Source: a phage. Taken from it: DNA of 41,184 nt. Positions 35,489 through 41,184 of this stretch are shown one piece after another. The notes beneath the pieces were generated by a model. It was given only the letters and a program-made list of their open reading frames with translations. It was not told the origin of the DNA and did no database searches. Position numbers and translations under genes: made by a program. Position 1 is the stretch's first letter. Every line of letters starts with the position of its first letter. The DNA is taken from the sequence record NC_093713.1; one strand, written 5' to 3'.

Positions 35489-36735
35489 TTTTAAAGGAAC
35501 GCGGCGGCAATAACGATGTGCACGCCTTACTGTCGCCGTCTGGTGCTAAAAAGTGGCTGGCGTGCAGTGCATCACTGGCCTGTGAAAAAGATATTCCTAA
35601 CACGTCAGGTAAAGCCGCCGTATTAGGGACGGCTATGCACACCATAGCTGAGATGCACTTAAACCAGTACATCAAAGGCACTGCGTTGCCGTTAGAGCGC
35701 GAAGTAGGTGCTTACGTGCTGGATGAGGGTAAAGGCCAGATTAAGGCGCTAATCAGCCCGATGAAAGGCGCGGTACTGATTACGGCTGACATGATTGAGC
35801 AGGTGCGCAAGTACACCGACCACTGCAAAGCTGTTATCGATGTAGCGACTTACGCCAAACTCGAGATGCGTGTCAATCTTACTGAGGTATTGCATCCAGG
35901 CTACGAAGGCGTTGAGACATTCGGAACCGCCGACATTGTTGCCGTTCAGGAACTGGCGAACACCGACGAGCACATGCTCATTATTGGCGACCTTAAAACT
36001 GGACGGCATCGTGTTGAAGCGAAAGAAAACAAGCAGCTTATGCTTTACGCTCTCGGAGTTTATCGCCGACTCAAGAGACGTTATAACATCACAGTAGTGC
36101 GCCTGGTCATCTTCCAGCCGTACGCGGGGGGTGCGTCAGAGTGGGACATCTCGGTCGAAGGTCTGGAACTGTTCGCTAAGTTCGCACAGAAACGGGCACT
36201 GTTAGCGCTTGATGCTTATTTCCGTGGAAAGAAGAACCTGAAAGCGTCGGACTTTAAACCGTCGGTCGATGGTTGCCAGTGGTGCCGGTTCTCTGAACAG
36301 TGTGCCGCGCGTACAAAGACGGTTAATTCTGTACTGGCGGAAGAACTTGAAGACGACTTTGTGCTGGAACTGACGACGGAGCAACTCGTAGTTGAGTATG
36401 AGAAGTTGCCGCTGTTGCGCCAGCACATCGACAAGGTTGAGAAAGCGATGTCCGCCGCATTGCATTCCGGTAAGAAAGTGCCAGGGTACAAACTGGTAGA
36501 AGGCCGCCCGGGTAATCGTGCGTGGAAAGATGCCGATGCGATTGAAGTGTCACACGGCGACATTCTCAAAAAAGAGGTATTGATGTCCCCTACGGAGGCA
36601 GCAAAAGTTCTTTCTGCGGATGAGATGGCAGCGCTTGAGCCGTTTATTACCCGTAAGCCAGGCGCACCATGTGTCGCAACGGCAGACGACAAACGTCCTG
36701 AGTGGAATCAGGTTAGTGAAGAAGATTTGGAATAA
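35485..36735 (+). CDS. PD-(D/E)XK nuclease with C-terminal Cys cluster (DUF2800 / Cas4-like)
   Basis: GDLKTG and QLMLYALG motifs; C-terminal CQWCRFSEQC; ATG at 35485 with SD GGAGAG (track starts at a GTG at 35470). Confidence 0.65.
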   Translation: MILKERGGNNDVHALLSPSGAKKWLACSASLACEKDIPNTSGKAAVLGTAMHTIAEMHLNQYIKGTALPLEREVGAYVLDEGKGQIKALISPMKGAVLITADMIEQVRKYTDHCKAVIDVATYAKLEMRVNLTEVLHPGYEGVETFGTADIVAVQELANTDEHMLIIGDLKTGRHRVEAKENKQLMLYALGVYRRLKRRYNITVVRLVIFQPYAGGASEWDISVEGLELFAKFAQKRALLALDAYFRGKKNLKASDFKPSVDGCQWCRFSEQCAARTKTVNSVLAEELEDDFVLELTTEQLVVEYEKLPLLRQHIDKVEKAMSAALHSGKKVPGYKLVEGRPGNRAWKDADAIEVSHGDILKKEVLMSPTEAAKVLSADEMAALEPFITRKPGAPCVATADDKRPEWNQVSEEDLE

Positions 36736-36739
36736 AGTG

Positions 36740-36768
36740 TTGACACCTGAATAGTTAGCTATTATAGT
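36740..36768 (+). promoter_or_regulatory. sigma70-like promoter (TTGACA-N17-TATAGT) with conserved palindromic element
   Basis: CTGAATAGTTAGCTATTATAGTT in the spacer and -10. Confidence 0.55.
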
Positions 36769-36821
36769 TCTAATCACTGGCCGGGCAGTTCCCGGAGTAA
36801 ACTGAAAAGCGAGAAATCACG

Positions 36822-37448
36822 ATGGGTATTAAACTGAATCTGCGTAAAGTAAACACTGCATGGGTTAACGTATTCGAACGCGAAAAAGACCGTGAAAACG
36901 ATGATGGCTCAATCACTAAAGGCCAGTACAGCGCGACTATCATCCTGCCGTCTGACCACGCACAAATCGACGCGCTCTACGACACCGTTTACGCTGTGGT
37001 TGAAGAAGCGTTGGGCGCAGCTGCCGCTGAGAAGTGGATGAAGTCCAACTACGGCGAAGGTAAGCACATGGATAAATGTGCGATTAAAGACATTGCCGAG
37101 CGCGACAATCCGTTTGAAGACTTCCCGGAAGGCTTCTACTTCAAGGCGAAGGCACAGAAACAGCCACTGATTGTAACCTCTAAAAAAGGCGAGACTCAGG
37201 TAGAACAGGACTTCAATGTAGACGGCGAACAGATTGAAGGTGAACAGGTTTACAGCGGCTGCGTCGCTAACGTAAGCGTTGAAATCTGGTTCAGTCAGAA
37301 ATATAAAGTCCTCGGCGTTAACCTGCTGGCGATTAAATACATTGGCGAAGGCAAAGCGTTTGGCGGTTCTAAAGTCGCTGCAAGCGTCAACGACCTGGAA
37401 GACGACGAAGAAGATGAAGCACCGCGCCGCGAGCGTCGTCGCCGCTAA
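36822..37448 (+). CDS. DUF2815-like protein (putative single-stranded DNA-binding protein)
   Basis: 208 aa with acidic C-terminal tail DLEDDEEDEAPRRERRRR; sits in the DUF2800 - DUF2815 - polymerase arrangement. Confidence 0.55.
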   Translation: MGIKLNLRKVNTAWVNVFEREKDRENDDGSITKGQYSATIILPSDHAQIDALYDTVYAVVEEALGAAAAEKWMKSNYGEGKHMDKCAIKDIAERDNPFEDFPEGFYFKAKAQKQPLIVTSKKGETQVEQDFNVDGEQIEGEQVYSGCVANVSVEIWFSQKYKVLGVNLLAIKYIGEGKAFGGSKVAASVNDLEDDEEDEAPRRERRRR

Positions 37449-37467
37449 TATCTGAATCAATTTAACT

Positions 37468-37493
37468 AAGGCCCTTCATTGGGCCCTTTTTAC
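37468..37493 (+). terminator. rho-independent terminator
   Basis: AAGGCCC-TTCATT-GGGCC followed by TTTTTA. Confidence 0.55.
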
Positions 37494-37503
37494 CGGAGTC
37501 AGA

Positions 37504-37977
37504 ATGGAACATATAAAAGATTTTCTAAGCTACGACCGAGAAACCGGGGTATTTACGTGGATACAGCCTACTTACCGTCGAGGGCGACCGGGAGACATTG
37601 CGGGGTGCATCAATAGTAGTGGATACTGGCGAATTCCGTACATGGGTCGATATTACATGGCGCACAGGCTAGCGTGGTTTTTCGAGTACGGTGAATGGCC
37701 CGAAGGCCCTCTTGACCATATAAACCGTGACAGGTTAGACAATAGGATTTCTAACCTAAGGAAAGCAACAACCGCCGATAATGTGCGAAACGCTAAAAAT
37801 AAGGGAGCTAGAACAGGAGTTAAGGGGGTAGTTAAAAACGGCAACCGATTTTACGGGCGTGTGCATTTTAACTACAAAAGTTATAACGCTGGTAGCTACG
37901 GAACTCTTGAAGAAGCAGAAAGCGCTGTAAAGAAATTAAGAGAAAAACTGCACAAGGAATTTTATTGCCATGACTAG
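37504..37977 (+). CDS. HNH homing endonuclease (with AP2-like DNA-binding region)
   Basis: 157 aa; MAHRLAWFFEYGEWPEGPLDHINRDRLDNRISNL HNH motif; free-standing between SSB-like and polymerase genes. Confidence 0.7.
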   Translation: MEHIKDFLSYDRETGVFTWIQPTYRRGRPGDIAGCINSSGYWRIPYMGRYYMAHRLAWFFEYGEWPEGPLDHINRDRLDNRISNLRKATTADNVRNAKNKGARTGVKGVVKNGNRFYGRVHFNYKSYNAGSYGTLEEAESAVKKLREKLHKEFYCHD

Positions 37978-40147
37978 TTTATTATACCTGGATACCGAGA
38001 CGTTCTCTGAAGCGGACTTAAAGAAAGTCGGGTCGTATGCGTACGCGGAGCACCCAACGACAGAGGTTATAATTTGTACATATGCCGTTGATGACGGTCC
38101 TGTAGAAGTATGGGATTGCACTTCCGAACCAGTAATGCCGATAAGCCTCCGTGTTGCGCTCCGTAATGTTATGCGCGGACGTATGAAAATCGTGGGCCAT
38201 AACTTTTTAATGTTCGATCGTCTTATCATGAAGCATTGCTGGGACTTTGATATTCCGGTAAGCAACACCATTGATACGATGATTTGGGCGTTTCGTCACG
38301 CGCTGCCGGGTTCTCTTGATGCGCTGTGTGAAGTGCTTGGCGTGTCCGCAGACAACGCGAAAGACAAACGAGGCAAAGCGCTTATTCAGCGTTTTTCTAA
38401 ACCGACACCGAAGAACTACAAAATCCGCCGCTACACTGCTGAAACGCACCCGGATGAGTGGGCGCTGTTCATCAAGTACGCCGTTAGCGACATCACCGCG
38501 ATGCGTGAAGTGTTCCATAAGCTGCCACGTTGGGGCAACTCCGAGTTCGAAGACCGTGTGCTGGAACTGGACCAGTTAATCAACGACCGCGGGTTTAAGG
38601 TTGACGTTGCACTGGCGGAAGCCGCGATTGAAGCCGTGGAGAAACACAAAGCGCAGTTACAGGAAGAAGCCCAACGTAAATACGGCGGCTCGCTTACCGG
38701 AAAGGACTTCCTTCCTATTCTGCGTGAACTCGCACCGGCGCACCGTATTCACAACGCACAGAAGTCAACGCTTAACGACCTGCTTGCTGACGACGATTTA
38801 CCGGACGACGCCAGCGCGATTATCGAGATGCGACTCGGGGCCGCGTCTACCGCGTCAACGAAATATAACCCGCTGTTGTTGGGCCGCTCTTCTGACGACC
38901 GCCGTCGCGGTTGCATACAATATGGTGGAGCTAAGCGTACTTTACGGTTTGCAGGTAAAGGCTTCCAGCCGCAGAACCTCGCACGCGGGTACTATCACGA
39001 TGATGAACTGGATAAAGGAATTTCTGCGTTACTTAAGGGCCGCGCTCATCGTCGATTTGACGTAGCCAAGCTAACGGCATCTACCGTTCGTAGCTGCATC
39101 ATACCGGAAACTGGACATAAGTTTGTCGTTGCCGATTACTCTAACGTCGAAGGCCGCGGGCTTGCGTGGCTGGCGGGGGAAGAAACCGCGCTAGATACGT
39201 TCCGTGCCGGACTGGATATTTACTGCGTAACCGCGGGTAAGATGTTCGGTATGGAGCCGGATTACATTAAGAAAGAACGTAAAGACTTACGCCAGATTGG
39301 TAAGGCATGCGAACTGGGACTTGGCTACGCGGGTGGTGTCGGCGCATTCGTACAGTTCGCCAAGAACCTCGGCCTTGACCTTGTTGATATGGCAAAAACA
39401 ATGGACGGGACTTTCCCCGACCACATCTGGGCCGCTACCGCGCGTGGGTATGAGTGGGCGCGTATTCAGGAAGCCAAGAGACCGCCACGTCCCGGTGAAA
39501 AAGATGACCGACCATCATATATTCTGGACAAGAAAGTGTGGCGTACATGCGACGCCATCAAGCGTATGTGGCGGGAGTCTCACCCTGAAACAGTAGCTTT
39601 CTGGCGGGATATTGAAGACGCAGCTATGGCAGCTATCCGCAATCCAGGTAAAGAGTTCACTGCAGGGCCTCGCGGCGTTAAGTTTTCGCGTAACGTAGAG
39701 ACAGATAACAACGGCAACAAAGTCGCCGGTTGGTGGTTGCGCATGACGTTGCCGTCGGGCCGCGTTATGTCTTATCCAGGTGTCGGGTTAAGCGTGTCGA
39801 AAGAGACAGACGAAGACGGGAAGGTGTCCACTAACGTCCGCATCAAGTACCAGGGCGAAAACCAGTTAACACGGCAGTGGGGCTTCCAGTACACATATTC
39901 CGGTAAACTCGTGGAAAACTGCACTCAGGCGCTGTGCCGTGATTTGTTGGCTAATGCGCTGCTTAACGTAGAAGCAAACGGCTATCCGATTGTGCTTCAC
40001 GTACACGATGAGATTATCTGCGAGACACCAGATTTACCAGAATACAATGTTGCAGAGCTTGAGCGGTTGATGTGCGAATTACCGGAATGGGCTGAGGGGT
40101 TCCCTCTTGTAGCAGAAGGTGCGGAGATGAAGCGTTATGCCAAGTAA
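37970..40147 (+). CDS. DNA polymerase, family A, with 3'-5' exonuclease domain
   Basis: 725 aa; exo motif LYLDTETF; polymerase motif C LHVHDEII. Confidence 0.85.
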   Translation: MTSLLYLDTETFSEADLKKVGSYAYAEHPTTEVIICTYAVDDGPVEVWDCTSEPVMPISLRVALRNVMRGRMKIVGHNFLMFDRLIMKHCWDFDIPVSNTIDTMIWAFRHALPGSLDALCEVLGVSADNAKDKRGKALIQRFSKPTPKNYKIRRYTAETHPDEWALFIKYAVSDITAMREVFHKLPRWGNSEFEDRVLELDQLINDRGFKVDVALAEAAIEAVEKHKAQLQEEAQRKYGGSLTGKDFLPILRELAPAHRIHNAQKSTLNDLLADDDLPDDASAIIEMRLGAASTASTKYNPLLLGRSSDDRRRGCIQYGGAKRTLRFAGKGFQPQNLARGYYHDDELDKGISALLKGRAHRRFDVAKLTASTVRSCIIPETGHKFVVADYSNVEGRGLAWLAGEETALDTFRAGLDIYCVTAGKMFGMEPDYIKKERKDLRQIGKACELGLGYAGGVGAFVQFAKNLGLDLVDMAKTMDGTFPDHIWAATARGYEWARIQEAKRPPRPGEKDDRPSYILDKKVWRTCDAIKRMWRESHPETVAFWRDIEDAAMAAIRNPGKEFTAGPRGVKFSRNVETDNNGNKVAGWWLRMTLPSGRVMSYPGVGLSVSKETDEDGKVSTNVRIKYQGENQLTRQWGFQYTYSGKLVENCTQALCRDLLANALLNVEANGYPIVLHVHDEIICETPDLPEYNVAELERLMCELPEWAEGFPLVAEGAEMKRYAK

Positions 40148-40268
40148 ACTGATTATCGCGGTACTGGCGGGATTTGCTGCCGGTGTCTACTGTCACGAGG
40201 GTCAATACAGCATGATGGTCGCCATATTGGGCATGTTCATCGCAATTTATCTGTGGGTGCTGGAATGA
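40137..40268 (+). CDS. small hydrophobic peptide (43 aa)
   Basis: Hand-translated MPSKLIIAVLAGFAAGVYCHEGQYSMMVAILGMFIAIYLWVLE; overlaps polymerase stop; not in ORF track. Confidence 0.35.
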   Translation: MPSKLIIAVLAGFAAGVYCHEGQYSMMVAILGMFIAIYLWVLE

Positions 40269-40354
40269 AAATCTACTGGTTTTATGAAGAAGACTGTCGA
40301 ATCTGTCCGCGCTGCGGTATTGAACATACGAAACGGGAGGGGTGCGTACTATGA
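40265..40354 (+). CDS. small Cys-rich peptide (29 aa), zinc-ribbon-like
   Basis: Hand-translated MKIYWFYEEDCRICPRCGIEHTKREGCVL; ATGA-coupled. Confidence 0.3.
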   Translation: MKIYWFYEEDCRICPRCGIEHTKREGCVL

Positions 40355-40503
40355 CAATGTTTGTATTTCGGACGATAGTAACCATGCTCGCACTGTTACT
40401 CGGGGCGGGAATAGCCGCGATGTTCTGTTACGGCCTGTTCTTTAAGTTTGCCGGTGTTGCCGTTCTAGGCGGGGCGTTTATAACTTGGGTTCTGCGCTCA
40501 TGA
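40351..40503 (+). CDS. small membrane peptide (50 aa)
   Basis: Hand-translated MTMFVFRTIVTMLALLLGAGIAAMFCYGLFFKFAGVAVLGGAFITWVLRS; ATGA-coupled to VRR-NUC. Confidence 0.35.
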   Translation: MTMFVFRTIVTMLALLLGAGIAAMFCYGLFFKFAGVAVLGGAFITWVLRS

Positions 40504-40784
40504 CCCCGGAAGGCAAAATACAGAAATACGCAAAAGAGCGATTCGAGGCCATCGGCGGCCTCGTTCGTAAGCTCTCCTACGAAGGACGTTCGGGTGCCCC
40601 TGACCTGCTGGTAATTCTCCCCGGCGGCATAGTCTGGTTCGTCGAGGTGAAGAAAGACGAAAACACGAAGCCAGACCCGCACCAGATACGTGAGCACGAG
40701 CGGATGCGTAAACGTGGTGCGAATGTTTTTGTCGTTGGTTCGTTTAAACAGGTTGACGACCTAATAGCGAGCTATTATAGTTAG
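40500..40784 (+). CDS. VRR-NUC domain nuclease
   Basis: 94 aa from ATG at 40500; PDLLVILPGGIVWFVEVKKDENTKPDPHQ fits the VRR-NUC pattern. Confidence 0.65.
   Translation: MTPEGKIQKYAKERFEAIGGLVRKLSYEGRSGAPDLLVILPGGIVWFVEVKKDENTKPDPHQIREHERMRKRGANVFVVGSFKQVDDLIASYYS
40753..40781 (+). promoter_or_regulatory. sigma70-like promoter (TTGACG-N17-TATAGT) with conserved palindromic element, inside the 3' end of the VRR-NUC gene
   Basis: CTAATAGCGAGCTATTATAGTT. Confidence 0.5.
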
Positions 40785-40814
40785 TCATACACCAACAATA
40801 TAAGGAATTGAGAA

Positions 40815-41006
40815 ATGAAACACGAATATGACCGCAAACCAGCACGTGACATCGTACCTGGCGATATGATTTTCAACGTTAAGACCCGCCACCCTGTTGC
40901 CGTTGATACGGTGTACGTCGAGTCAAACGGTAAACTGGTTATCGAAGATGTAACCGGTAACGTTACGGCGTTCGGTCGTAAAGAGTTAGTTCTGGTGGCG
41001 AAATGA
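40815..41006 (+). CDS. hypothetical protein (63 aa)
   Basis: ORF track; SD AAGGAA. Confidence 0.45.
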   Translation: MKHEYDRKPARDIVPGDMIFNVKTRHPVAVDTVYVESNGKLVIEDVTGNVTAFGRKELVLVAK

Positions 41007-41184
41007 ACTATTACAATGAATGGGATAAAGGCGCAGCCGCGTGGCTGCGTGAGTTGATAAAACAGGGTCACATACCTTTTGGAGTTGTAGATGAAAGAAG
41101 CATTACCGAAGTTAAGCCAGAAGACCTTGACGGGTTCACCCAGTGTCATTTTTTCGCGGGTATCGGCGGCTGGCCTCTCGCGCT
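41003..41184 (+). CDS. DNA (cytosine-5)-methyltransferase, N-terminal fragment (runs off the window end)
   Basis: Hand-translated MNYYNEWDKGAAAWLRELIKQGHIPFGVVDERSITEVKPEDLDGFTQCHFFAGIGGWPLA; motif I FAGIGG; ATGA overlap with upstream gene. Confidence 0.65.
   Translation, partial: MNYYNEWDKGAAAWLRELIKQGHIPFGVVDERSITEVKPEDLDGFTQCHFFAGIGGWPLA

Noticed and set aside
40014-40385. 123 aa ORF on the - strand
   Set aside because: Antisense to the polymerase 3' end and to the three coupled micro-ORFs; no start context.
1-41184. tRNA genes, rRNA genes, CRISPR arrays, integrase/attachment sites, reverse transcriptase systems
   Set aside because: Scanned intergenic regions by eye: no cloverleaf-compatible tRNA sequences, no regularly spaced short repeats, no tyrosine/serine recombinase or RT motifs in any translation. 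The only tandem repeat is the 79 bp duplication in the spanin gene. A computational scan (tRNAscan-SE, CRISPR finders) would be needed to exclude them firmly.

Overview
This window reads as a near-complete genome of a virulent siphovirus of Enterobacteria, most resembling the Jersey-like / K1G-like group; the family assignment is from memory of gene content, not a search. The + strand carries a replication module: AlpA-like HTH regulator, PrimPol/AAA_25 primase, DUF2800 nuclease, DUF2815 SSB-like protein, HNH endonuclease, family A DNA polymerase, VRR-NUC, C5-cytosine methyltransferase (wraps from window end to window start) and SNF2-type helicase. The - strand carries early small-gene operons, a lysis cassette, then TerS-TerL-portal-head-tail-tape measure-tail tip and an endosialidase-like tailspike. 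Features standing out: (1) a + strand accessory island inside the tail gene cluster (superinfection-immunity-like protein, HTH-metallophosphoesterase, Pnk-like HAD phosphatase, dNMP kinase); (2) a ~20 bp imperfect palindrome TGAATAGT-N3/4-CTATTATA in at least seven promoters, beside a small XRE repressor; (3) an i-spanin split by a 79 bp tandem duplication with an overlapping o-spanin; (4) a methyltransferase whose conserved motifs lie in two frames, both open for ~700 bp; (5) a chain of nine tiny overlapping genes upstream of terS; (6) a TTG-initiated holin whose SD is buried in a hairpin; (7) a candidate -1 frameshift in the tail chaperone pair. No tRNA, rRNA or CRISPR array was recognised. 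All calls rest on reading translations and motifs by eye; no searches were run.
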